A stretch of DNA of 64,000 bases from Trichinella spiralis (Eukaryota): the NCBI RefSeq assembly GCF_000181795.1, contig NW_003526941.1:5730540-5794539 (forward strand), in the 5' to 3' direction. The notes beneath the pieces were generated by a model. It was not told where the DNA came from and made no database searches. It was given only the letters and a program-made list of their open reading frames with translations. How positions within the stretch are numbered: position 1 is the stretch's first letter; each line of letters begins with the position of its first letter. Shown here piece by piece: positions 1 to 11,888 of the stretch. The position numbers and the translations under genes were made by a program.

Positions 1-491
1 AACGTTAAGGTCATTTTTGAAATTTTTCAAATAGTCCTTATTGGTAGAATTGAACAGTGCATTTCTCCTGTTCACATTATATTACGGCGTAGGTTAGAAT
101 TTAACTTCAGTAAGAAGATCCAATGCACAAAAACCGGTTTTCAGCGCTGCGCTATGCAAATAGCGATCGCCATAAAAGGTGGCTTATCGTCAGTAAGGGC
201 GCACTCGTTCGTTTGACTTACGTGGCAAGTGGTCGCGTTGTAAAATGCTCTCTGAGTACATGACGCTGAATAGTTGTTGAAGTCTATTTTCAATTGCTGA
301 AAAGTAATTTCTCCTTTTTTCTATTTGTGTTACTTTTCTTCAAAATATTTTGTACTTATTTTCTAAACGTTAACGCTTAATTAAAAACCAGTTAATTAAT
401 AGATTTGAAAATTCAATTTTCAATCAGTTGTTACTTTTACTACGTGATGTAGCGAGATCATTTTTGATTTTATATTTAATATTTTTTGCAG

Positions 492-578
492 ATATGAACG
501 ATGAAGAGAAAAAGTGCAAACGCCGTCGACACGAAATGAAACGCGAACGGCACGAAGCAGAACAATCAAAGAGAAAAA
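492..578 (+). other. Putative symmetric (phase 1-1) 87-nt mini-exon within the repeat, encoding MNDEEKKCKRRRHEMKRERHEAEQSKRK
   Basis: ttttttgcag acceptor, open frame, gtatgt donor; length is a multiple of 3. Confidence 0.45.
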
Positions 579-1598
579 GTATGTGCGATTTCTTGTTGTC
601 TTGATTCTGTAAGACAGAATTCGAAAGGGCGAAGTTATTCCTATGTTAAATTGAGTTACTTAAGCTTGTTACATGCAATAGGTAAATAAGATATTTTTTA
701 CTGCGAAATTCCATCTTTAGACTTATGTTATGTTGCGACTAGGTAAGAGTTCATCTTCAGGAAGTATTTCTATCGCCCTTAAACCACTTTTAATGCTGCG
801 AACCTTGCCACTGTCCATTAAGCACACCAGCTTCCATCGAAAATCATTTTTTCATTAGCTAAACAAGCTGTCACTTTGAAATTATTCAATTCAATGCGTC
901 TTTTTGTATAAGAAAGCAACTTTTATTTATGTAGGGCATTTTTGAATTTTGAAATCACAAATCCAAACGTGCGTAGGCGTGTTTTGACTAAATCAGTATT
1001 TTTATTATGGCGTTTTCTGCCAGATAGTTTATATTTTGACTGAATTGTAAACGTCAAGGTCAGTTTTGAATTTTCAAATAGTTTTCATTGGTTGAATTTG
1101 GCAGCGCATCTCAATTTTTTTCAACTCATTTGAAATAATTGTCATTTAGTGATGTGCAGTTGCTAGAGTTGCGGTTTTCTGTACATGAAATTTTATTGTT
1201 TGCTTTGCGTCAATGTTAGATTAGAATTCACCATCGAGAATAATTTTCAATACACAAAAACCGGTTTCTAACGCTGCGCTATGCAAATAAAGATCGCCAT
1301 AAAGGTGCCTTATCGTCAGTTAGAGTGCACTCGTTCGTTTGACTTACGTGGCAAGCGGTAGCGTCGTGAAACGTTCTCTGAGCTTATTTACGACCTTCCA
1401 TCTATAATTGTTGAAAGTATTCCATATTTCTCGTTCTGTTAATTTTTTTTCGAAACTCTCGTTATAATCATTTCGTTAACGCTATTTTTAATTGAAAATC
1501 AGTTACTTCTTCTATTTGAAAATTCATTGTTCAATTTTTCAATTTTGTTGTGTGATAAAGGGACAGAATTTTTGACTTAACATTTAATATTCTTATAG

Positions 1599-1736
1599 AT
1601 ATGAACAATGAAGAAAAGAAAAAGCGAAAGCACGGGCGATTCGTAGAGGAAGCAGATCGCGGACGACACGAAACGGATCACAGAAGACACGAAGCGGATC
1701 GCGGACGGCACGAAGCAGAACAAGAAAAGACAAAAG
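1599..1736 (+). other. Putative symmetric 138-nt mini-exon within the repeat, encoding MNNEEKKKRKHGRFVEEADRGRHETDHRRHEADRGRHEAEQEKTK
   Basis: ttatag acceptor and gtatat donor; internal 21-nt repeats; homologous to 492-578. Confidence 0.45.
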
Positions 1737-2212
1737 GTATATGTGGTTCCCCGTGGGTCCCAATTCTGTAGGTCTGGGCTAGGGATACTTCGAAAGGGTG
1801 AAGTTATCCCATAGTTTTAATTAAGTTAGCGACAAACCTACATGGCTGAGTTTTGAGTTAATGCAGTACTTGGTCTTTCACGCAGCAAAATTTACGTATG
1901 CAATTGCTTTCCTGTGTCGAAATAACTTTGATTTTTGTTTATTTTGTAATCTTTATTTTTCTTCTCTTGCATAGTTTGATTTTGAACATTTTCCGAACCA
2001 AGTTCTTTTTATTTTTTAAAGTTTTTCTCATTCATTCAAACTTTTATATTTTATTGATTTTTTAATTTTTCCCATTATTTCCTTTGATTCTTTTTTATTT
2101 CACTTTTTTTCTTCTAAATGTACCATTTTATTTTTTTTTCAATTTATTCTCCATATTTTCTCTGAATCTTTACTTTCCTTAACTTGTAAACCTCTGACCC
2201 ATGGAATGCATT

Positions 2213-2868
2213 NNNNNNNNNNNNNNNNNNNNNNNNNNNNNNNNNNNNNNNNNNNNNNNNNNNNNNNNNNNNNNNNNNNNNNNNNNNNNNNNNNNNNNNN
2301 NNNNNNNNNNNNNNNNNNNNNNNNNNNNNNNNNNNNNNNNNNNNNNNNNNNNNNNNNNNNNNNNNNNNNNNNNNNNNNNNNNNNNNNNNNNNNNNNNNNN
2401 NNNNNNNNNNNNNNNNNNNNNNNNNNNNNNNNNNNNNNNNNNNNNNNNNNNNNNNNNNNNNNNNNNNNNNNNNNNNNNNNNNNNNNNNNNNNNNNNNNNN
2501 NNNNNNNNNNNNNNNNNNNNNNNNNNNNNNNNNNNNNNNNNNNNNNNNNNNNNNNNNNNNNNNNNNNNNNNNNNNNNNNNNNNNNNNNNNNNNNNNNNNN
2601 NNNNNNNNNNNNNNNNNNNNNNNNNNNNNNNNNNNNNNNNNNNNNNNNNNNNNNNNNNNNNNNNNNNNNNNNNNNNNNNNNNNNNNNNNNNNNNNNNNNN
2701 NNNNNNNNNNNNNNNNNNNNNNNNNNNNNNNNNNNNNNNNNNNNNNNNNNNNNNNNNNNNNNNNNNNNNNNNNNNNNNNNNNNNNNNNNNNNNNNNNNNN
2801 NNNNNNNNNNNNNNNNNNNNNNNNNNNNNNNNNNNNNNNNNNNNNNNNNNNNNNNNNNNNNNNNNNNA
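2213..2868. other. Assembly gap (N run)
   Basis: Run of N. Further 10-N gaps occur at 5534-5543, 48557-48566 and 60850-60859. Confidence 1.
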
Positions 2869-3070
2869 AGTATGATTTTTGATTCTTTTTTTTTTTCTTT
2901 TTCAATTAGGTTATTTAAATTATGGCTTTTTGGGAACCAAAAAGATTGTTCTATTTGTTCTTATGAAACAGTCAATATTTACTTTTTCGCCCAAACAATT
3001 TTTTCGGTTACTTTAGAGAATTATGTGACGATCGATTAAGTAGCAAACAGGCGGAAGGAGATGTTCGAAA

Positions 3071-3850
3071 ATGCTGCAAAAGTTGAAGCAGAATGTCATC
3101 ATTTATTTTCTGGTTCGTCATTTTCTGTTCTTTTTAATTTTATAAATTTATTGCTACCTCTACAACGTGTGGTATATTTTCATTTCAGCGACAATACATG
3201 GACCGCATCATAGTATCAAACATATTTGCCAACAGATTGCATGCACTGTTGAACATGAGCAAAAGAAGACACTTTGGATTATTTCTGGAGACACGATGTG
3301 AACCAAAAACAGCAGCAACAAGCAGGTTCGGTTTGTTGAAATGATTTTCAATCATTCGAAGGATGTTTGAATTTTTTCAAAAAAAAAACAAATAATTATA
3401 AGTTTCTGTTTTATATTTTCTGTATTACATTGTCTTCTTGTTATGTTACCCATAATTATTATTCTATCTTTGACTTTTTATACTCAGTATTCAATTATAT
3501 TATATTGTATTGTATTATATTATATTATATTTCATTTTATTACTATCATTAATAAATACTTCTTCAGTATGAATAGAATTCGATTTTTCTGAATACTTAA
3601 GCTGTAAAATGAGAAATAATTGGACATTTTGACTGCGTAGTAAATTGATGGAACATCCCCATCGTCAGACGCCGACGAGCACCACCATCACCACAACCAT
3701 AATAATAATATATGTACATCTCTATCATAAAATGTTCAATTCAGCAGGTAATAAAAATTCAACACCGTTTTGTCAGGGTGATTCTTTTTGCGAAAATTTC
3801 TGTTTTAGCGTATAACATTTTTTTGGTAGATGATGTTGTCATGTTTTGAA
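3071..3850 (+). CDS. Possible small multi-exon hypothetical gene
   Basis: Manual splicing gives MLQKLKQNVIIYFL|RQYMDRIIVSNIFANRLHALLNMSKRRHFGLFLETRCEPKTAATS|KLMEHPHRQTP... with GT-AG boundaries (tttcag at ~3184-3189). No recognisable homology. Confidence 0.2.
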
Positions 3851-3986
3851 GTTGAATTTCTTTGCAAAACATTTGAAATTGAAAATACTGAGCACTGGTT
3901 GAAAAGGACAGAAGAAAAAATAATAATGCATATTAACAAAACAAATAAATGGCAAAATGAAGCAAACATTAATTACACTCGTTCTT

Positions 3987-5533
3987 TGACAGAGAACATT
4001 AGCCGGTAGTAAGTTTCAATCACATCTAAACATCTCTCACAGGGTCATTGTCATCGGCGCCTATAGCGAGGCTTCATTACGTCAAACAAAATTCAAATAC
4101 CTGCATCACCAGAGATACATACGAATTCATTTGGTGCAACGTCCACCAAATATAAACAACGGACAGGGTCATTGTGTAATGACAAGGGTTTATGTTAAAG
4201 CGAATTTAAAACTTGGCAAAGCTGCAATTAAATGTTCTCCTCAAACAGATTGCATTAGTTAAGTAAATAAAGCGCAATGAAAAATATGCACTACTCTCAT
4301 CAGTATCAGCAGAAACGAATGAAATAAAAATTTGCATACGAGGTCGTCCACTTTATTGGAAATAATTTTAGTTTGAGGCCGTCCGTGTATGAGAGCGGTG
4401 CGTTGTGATTGGAAAATTCACTGAAGACCAATATCAAATGCCAAACACTAAATATGCTTTTTATTTTAATTATTATTTTTTGTAATAATTTCTGAAAAAT
4501 AATTTTGCGACCAATATCCAAAGACAATGAACATTAACGATGAGAAGATGACGAATTTAGCAGTAAGTGGCAGTTTCATCATTTTCAAGTCTTAATCATT
4601 TAACAATGCAATCGAGAATCTATATTCAGCATACTTTTTCAATATATTCTCTATGAAGAATTCTCAATGGCTTTTCCCCACAAATTTTTCACTTAAAATT
4701 AGCTTCATTTGAGCTACTTGGTTTTCTGACATGAGAAAATTTCTTAGACATACGTAGGCGTGTTTTGACTATATCAATGTTTTTATTATGGTGTGTTCTG
4801 CCAGATAGTTTATATTTTGACTGAATTGTAAACGTTAAGGTCACTTTTGAAATTTCAAATAGTCCTTATTGGTAGAATTGAACAGTGCATTTCTCCTGTT
4901 CACATTATATTACGGCGTAGGTTAGAATTTAACTTCAGTAAGAAGATCCAATGCACAAAAACCGGTTTTCAGCGCTGCGCTATGCAAATAACGATCGCCA
5001 TAAAAGGTGGCTTATCGTCAGTTAGGGCGCACTCGTTCGTTTGAATTATGTGGCAAGTGGTAGCGTTGTAAAATGTTCTCTGACTACATGACGCTGAACA
5101 GTTGCTGAAGTCTATTTTCAATTGCTGAAAGCGAACATCTTTTTTCTACTTGTGCTACTTTTTCTTTAAAGCATTTGAAATGCTCATTTTTTTAAATAAT
5201 TATATTTTTAATTAACAAGCACTTAATTATCATATTCGTTATAAGTCTACTTTGTAATAAAATCAGAGCAGTTTTGATATAATATATCATTTTTCCAGGT
5301 AAAACGAATGAAGCAAATAGAAAGTGAAAATGCGGAAGACACAAACCAAACCACGGACGACAGAAGCAGAACGAGAGAGACAGAGGTAATGTGATTTTCT
5401 TGAATGTGCTGGCTCTGTGAGCCATGCGTAGGATACTTCGATAGGGTGAAGTATTCCTAGTTTATTAATTACCTAAGGTTTGTAGTGGAGCATAAGATAG
5501 TAGATATTTCCTCTGTAAACTGTACTTTTGTTT
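3987..5533 (+). repeat. ~1.55-kb dispersed repeat, nearly identical to 46601-48171; includes one copy of the 1.04-kb unit with a degenerate exon
   Basis: Colinear from agagaacattagccggtagtaa onward; upstream flanks differ between the two copies; truncated by a gap. Confidence 0.9.
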
Positions 5534-5543
5534 NNNNNNNNNN

Positions 5544-8500
5544 CAGCAAGTTCGTCAGATATTCAATCGGTAAACAAACGAAACATTATTTCTCTCGTTT
5601 AACTTTCAATTCCACTTCGAATCAATATTAACGCAATAAATATTAATCTACATGGAACAACAAAAATATATAATCACGTCAAGTCCACTCACTCACCGTT
5701 GGACAAACAATTAATAAATTCCCTTATTTATTATTTATTTTCAACATTTCACAAATACCTGTTTAAATGAAAATTTCGTACCGTTACATGTCATCCACAA
5801 GCCGCGCCTAACTCCAATTTTTGCTCGACACGCAACAATTGAAAAGCAAGTTCAAAAAACTCTCTTTACCAGACCAGCACGACAACACAATAACCAACAA
5901 ACAACAACGAATAATTATAATAACAATAATAAATAATCACCGAAAATTGACCAACATTTTCAACTTTCTCACAACTGCAATGTTGTGTGAAAAAAGGAAA
6001 ATTCATCCATCTTATATAAATACAATTTTCAACAAATATTAAAAATACATCAATTGTTACAGCAGTTGTTAAAAGAAAAGGAAACTTTTTTTTATTCCAT
6101 CAAGTTAAAAAAATTCAAATTCAGAAACCAAAAAAAAGATAGAATATTTCCACCATTGAGAAGTATAATGCTCTTTTTTTAAACTATATTCAAACAGTTG
6201 AATCGAATGAAAGCATAATCTTCAATTTAATTTAATTAAAAAATTAAACATTTTTGTCAATAATCAGCTCATTTTTTGCATCTGGTACAAAAAATCCATT
6301 GAAAGGAAAATGGAAATTTATTTTCAAAGACAAGCATTCGTTCAACAATTCTATTCATCTCATTTAATTGAAAATACATATATTATGCAAATATCAGCTT
6401 TGAAAGCATTATCACATATTTAAATAATGCAAAGAGGAAAATGTCACGGTGTTTTTATGCTCTTTTCCGACTGAATTGAAAACAATGCGCCTTTTTTTCG
6501 TAATTACTATTATTATCATTAAAAACAGATTTCTTTTTTCACCTTTCGTCTCTTTCAACACTTATTTTATTTATTCACAATTTCTCATTAATAATAAAGA
6601 AAAGCAAATTTTTCACATCATCTGCCAACGACAATTTCAAACAAATTTCAACACATTACAAATTAAAAATAAAATAATAATCATACATTATCAATATGCA
6701 CGTTTGAAATGTTTTTCTCACAAAAAATGTATAACTTTTAGCTTTGAAGCTCTTCCATTATTACCCCTCAAATCTGACATCTCCAATCACTCTTAGTGTC
6801 TAATCAGATGAGTTAGCTGCTTGTTTGAACAATTCAATCCTTGAAAAACACCGCTTTATCGAAAACAATTAACAAAAGATACAGAATAGATTAAATCAAA
6901 TAACTTAAATACTGCAACATCAACGCTCGGATACTTGAAAAAGAAGAAGAACAAAAATGGTAAAATTTTCAATCAAACAGTTCAACCAGCTACGTGTTCA
7001 CCAACTACAGCATGAATGGAAAAATAATCGAACATGTAAAAATGAACAAACTTCATTCACCCTGCTACCCTAGACTGAAAATAAGATTTACTTTTCAACA
7101 TTGGAAAAAAATCCACCACGACACCACGAAATTACAGTGAAACAACGTTGCAAAAAGTTCGTTGTACTTCATTTTTCGCAGTTGAAAAATTCAAACTATT
7201 CGTTTTCCACATCTCTACAGTAATGAACATTTCCTTCAAAATATGCCAGCAAACTGCAACGCGATAAACTCTATTTATCATCCAAGAACGAAATATACTT
7301 GACCTCATTCGAAATCAATATCAAAGTTATATGAAAAGGCTTGCAATTGCAAGATGACAACATCATAGTCATCATCATCATCATCATAAACTGATGATAA
7401 AATCAAAAATGTGAGTTGTAAAAATTTTCACCAAACAACCAACATTCAAGTGAAAGAACGGAAGAAATTCAATTTGTCAAAAAATAATCAATAACTAACT
7501 TGATAAAAATTACAAAGTAAATTTGCAATGATTGCAACATTTCATCCGCTGCCAATTCTACTAATTGCTCATCTTTAACAGACCCATGTTGAACAAAAAT
7601 CACACTGTTGTTCAAACAGAAATGAAAAGCAGGTAAAGTGCAGTACAGTAGTAGACTGTAGAAGGTGTTGTGCGCACGATGGACGACGACAGGTAATAAT
7701 TGTGGAATCGATTTGCTATTTGATCAAGGGTAAAATCTGTTTATTGTCAGCGGTCAAATTTCCAGGTCATGTATGTAAACTTCGATGGCCGCAAAGAAGA
7801 GGTAAAAGAAGGTAAAACTGAAACCCGTTGAATTTGAAAATCGCACGTGCAAATTAAAGATAATAATAAGAAGAGGAAGAAAAAAAAACAATAAAATTCC
7901 AATAATGCTCATCGCATTCTACAGACATTGATGATCCAGTTGGTGGAAAACTACTTCCGGCGTTTAAACAATCACGCATCACCGACTGGACAAGTGCTTA
8001 GGGGCTTTTCAATGGTTGTTAATAAGTCTGAAATGCGCACATTTTTATTATCGTTTTCATTTAACTAACTTGCCGCCGGCTTGCTGACGATAATTTTGAA
8101 AAATAAGAATAATTTAGTGCAAATATTTGTCATTTTGCATTTATAAATGAAAACGTCATCGTCACATTTCACACCTGGCCATTGTTTGTGATCAATTTCA
8201 TTCACAAAAATGAATGAACGAACGAAGGTGTGAACGACGTTGAGAAAAGCTGAAAAATTGACCATTTGCATCACAAGCAGAATAAAGAATAAGAAGTATA
8301 AACAGCACAGTTGAACAAGCTGCAGCCTTGAGTAAACAAAAAATCTATTTAATCAATGACGTACGAGAATAGATATTCAACGATACCACCAGAGCAGCGT
8401 CGCGAGCACTGCAATTCACTATTTATGACTAACTATGCGAGATATCCATTAAGAGCTTACCGGAGTGCAATAATTTGGTCTTATTTATCAAATAATATGC

Positions 8501-9846
8501 AAAAGGAAGTCAAGGAAAAAAATACCAACGGAAAAAGATCATACTGAAATGTGAATAACTTTCTGAAAAACCAAAAACACGTGACGTTCAAAGACAAACA
8601 CAGTTTCCCATGCCGACAAAATTTTGAAAAATCTACGCGCATCTAATTCAAGGTCGTCGAAAAAGAATGCTTACCTTGAGGTTGCGAAATTTCGACGGCT
8701 TTCTCAAAGCTTCAATTACAGCCGTATCAGCCATGCGCAGTAGAAAATCACTGGCATCAATCAGCCAACAAGCAATACTTTGTGAGCTTCAATTGCTACA
8801 ACAATAAAAAGTAAAAATCAATGTCATATCTGAAATATTCAAAAATAAAATCAAAATAAAAACAAACAATTACAGAAAATTCAAAGAACCCCAAACAAGG
8901 AAAAAATAGAACAATATCAAAGTGGGGCAAAATTCTAGTGTGGCCTAGATACAATTCACAGATGAGTGAAAGTCGCGCGAAAAGATTCAAAATCACAAAC
9001 AAAAAAAGCAAGACAAAAAATAAAATCAATGACAATTTTTTTTCAAATAATAACGTAGTATTAACGACACTTACAGAATTCGACCTATCTGAACAATTGT
9101 CGGACAACTTTCGAATACGCTGAATGTAATGTGGAGAGTAATAATAAAATGTAAAAAAAAGATAACAGCAGTAAAGTTCAAATCAAATCAAAATTACAGC
9201 TAGGTTAACATTGTCAGCTTCTTTGATAATAATATCAATCGTCTTCAGTTGAAACATCTACAGTAACTCATCACTAAGATGATCAAGTTCTATTATTGTT
9301 CAATTTGAATTTCATTGTTCAAGATTTTTCATAAACAACCAGTATTACTGTGGAAGAAAACTCATCGATGTGCATTCAATTTCATCATAATTATTTCAAC
9401 ATTTCTTAATTTTAACAACTGAGAAATAATAGCATGAAAATACTTTACATTAAGTTCAATCATAAAAGTACCATAACGAATAAATAAGAAGAAAAGTTTA
9501 TCATTTTACCTGATATGAAGAGCTTTTGCATGCAGCTGACAAAGATGAAATAAAAAAACGCAATGAAACAGAACTACAATGCGTGCTTTTTTCACCATGT
9601 TGTTTCAGCTGATCATTTTTCACCTCTGAAACCGACACTAAATTCATTGTATGCTTTTTGCTATCGCTTGTAAACAGTGTCAGGAACTGATTGCTCTAAA
9701 TCCAACAAATTGTTCTACAATTTCGTTTTTGCTCAGCACGTTCGGTTTACGGAATTGTGTCTACTTTTCAAAAAAAATCAACATTATAACATTTATTTAA
9801 TGATCTATAAAATAATGAAAAAGTTAATAAACCTATTTCAATGAAA
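5544..9846. repeat. 4.3-kb near-identical duplicate of 56570-60849
   Basis: Colinear throughout, with scattered SNPs and a few indels; duplicated ORF translations in the ORF track; each copy abuts a gap at one end. Confidence 0.97.
8675..8734 (-). CDS. Duplicate first coding exon of PDZ-GEF/RAPGEF ([20 protein letters not shown])
   Basis: Same as 59691-59750 apart from one synonymous change; ends in AAG|gtaag. Confidence 0.65.
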
Positions 9847-9873
9847 AGATGATAAAATAAAAGGAAATTATTT

Positions 9874-11888
9874 TCATTTCATCTTTTGCCTTTTCCAAAA
9901 TGCCTTCACTTGTTCGTGACCATCTGCACTTACGACCAACGCGCGATTCGCTTCATGTTCACACAGCAAAACACCCAGATCCTATAAAATATTATTTTTC
10001 AAATATATTTAAAATTAAAAATAACAATTTTTCAACAATTTAAAATCTCTTGCGTGTAAAAAAACACCGATACATGAATAATTTAATAACAATAATAACC
10101 ATACTTTTGCATAGTCACGAATTGTAATGTAATCGGTATCGCTGAAAAAATTCGAATACATAACGCCTGGATCAAATTTAAAGCGATCACGTTCCATTTC
10201 CCAAAGTTTAATCTGATCTGTGACAGTTGAAGGAATTGTCGGTGTCTGAAACAAATGAATTAAGTTGAATCAATTCAAAAATCATCAAAAACCACAAATT
10301 AGAAAAAGGAAAATTCAAATTAAACCAATACCTGTTTTTGCATATTTTTATGAGCATTGGAAAACAAATATTGAATAATCTGTTCCGCGGAAATGTTGAC
10401 TTGGAATGCACGTCGCACGGATTCTCTGTTCAAAATGCAAGCAACCAAATTTGGAAATCTGAAATATTATAACACAAATTAACTACTGACGACAAGCAGT
10501 TTTACTTACCTGTACAAAGGCTCGCAAAATGTCGATACAATGGCCAAGTCCAAAACCGAATCTAAAATTTGAACAATTCCATTCATCGCCAAAAAAGAGT
10601 TTCAAATAAATCTACCAGTATAACAATAGACTCGAAAATTCGTTTCAACTATCAAAAATCCCTCTTTCGACGAACTGGATGAACTTTTCAAGCCAGTTAA
10701 TACGCTAATCAATGGCGTATAATAGAACCATCCGGCCGATCTCTATAAATGAAAAAAATATGCACAAACTATCTTATAAAATTAAAACGTTTCATCATTT
10801 TTTACCTTTCGTTGATGTACAAGACCAATTTCTCGAAGATGTTGAATAAAATTAAGAGCAGCTTCAGTTAAATTTTCCGTACTGTAAGCAGCACGGTGAC
10901 TTCCAAGACAAGCTTGCAGAATGAGCATGATGCAATCGTGAACGGGCGAACCTTTTTTCTAATTTTTCATGTTAATAATAACAAGAAATAAAATTTACAA
11001 AATTTAACAATGTCTACCTCAAGTTGAGCTAAATAGTGCAATAAATAAGTCCAAAGTTGTTGCCGACGATCATAAAGTATAAATTGGAAACCATCCGAAG
11101 TCAGTTGCATCTTCGAATCGCATCTAAAATCAAAAATTTACATTCAATTTTTTTAAATATCTTTTTAATTCTAAATTACAGTTGGATTAATCCAGAATCT
11201 TGCAAAACTCGTTTCGTTTCGACGCTAACTGATTTTTCACTCTGAGCACTGGGCAGTGCTAAATATTTCAGTACACTCTGTAAAATAAAATATAAATTTT
11301 GAAAAATACACTAATTAGTAAAATATTAAATGAACCATCTCACTTCCCAACGTTCGGACGCATAAGAGTCTAAATCGGCAAATGATTTTTGGTGCTTCGG
11401 ATCAACAGTCACTGTTTTGAAACAAATCGCATCTTTGCAGAGAAGAGCTAATCTCAAATTTTTTGCAAACACCCTATTCAGAACAACGCTCTCGATAGAT
11501 GACAAATTGCATTCTTGCAAAATATGGAGCTGACGTAAATATTTCAACGATTCATGAAGAATGCTAAACATTTTACATTATAAAAATAAATAATGTTTAC
11601 ACATATTCAACCATATACTCTTTCTTCTCATCAACCATCCAACCTTCGATATCTGCAATAGTTGTGCCAGAGCTGACAAGAGAAAGTCGCATAACAATTT
11701 GCTGTGCTACCGAAGGCAGATAACTAAATAGTAGATAATTTGAAAATAAATGCATACTTTTATAACAAATCTTACCGATATATCCCTGTACATGCAACAG
11801 CCGATTCATAAAGCTTGTTTAATATTCCAGAAGGAAGCTGACTCAAGTAGTTCAAGAATGTTTGGGGTACTTTATGAGTAGAATTCAT
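9874..11888 (-). CDS. GTF2H4: General transcription factor IIH subunit 4 (p52/Tfb2), multi-exon
   Basis: Exons encode MNSTHKVPQTFLNYLSQLP..., LDSYASERWE, GFLIVETNFRVYCY, ILNRESVRRAFQVNISAEQIIQYL, IPSTVTDQIKLWEMERDR and LVVSADGHEQVKAFWKRQKMK*, all typical Tfb2 motifs. Confidence 0.93.

Larger units (their letters stand above)
1..1830 (+). repeat. Two tandem diverged copies of a ~1.04-kb repeat unit (octamer/palindrome block, mini-exon, hairpin pair)
   Basis: aacgt(t/c)aaggtca at 1 recurs at ~1050. The aaaaaccggttt...ctatgcaaata...gatcgccataaa block occurs at ~129 and ~1256. The same unit occurs at ~4830 and ~47460. Confidence 0.85.

Noticed and set aside
597..645. Hammerhead ribozyme or SECIS element in the repeat hairpins
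   Set aside because: GAAA is present but there is no CUGAnGA core. The stems are too short, lack the AUGA/GA quartet and appear intronic.
1..1830. Repeat unit as 5S rRNA, spliced-leader RNA or snRNA gene array
   Set aside because: No recognisable 5S, U-snRNA or SL plus Sm-site sequence by eye; only the octamer motif is suggestive.
2144..3039. Long ORFs in the ORF track
   Set aside because: They consist almost entirely of N-gap codons.
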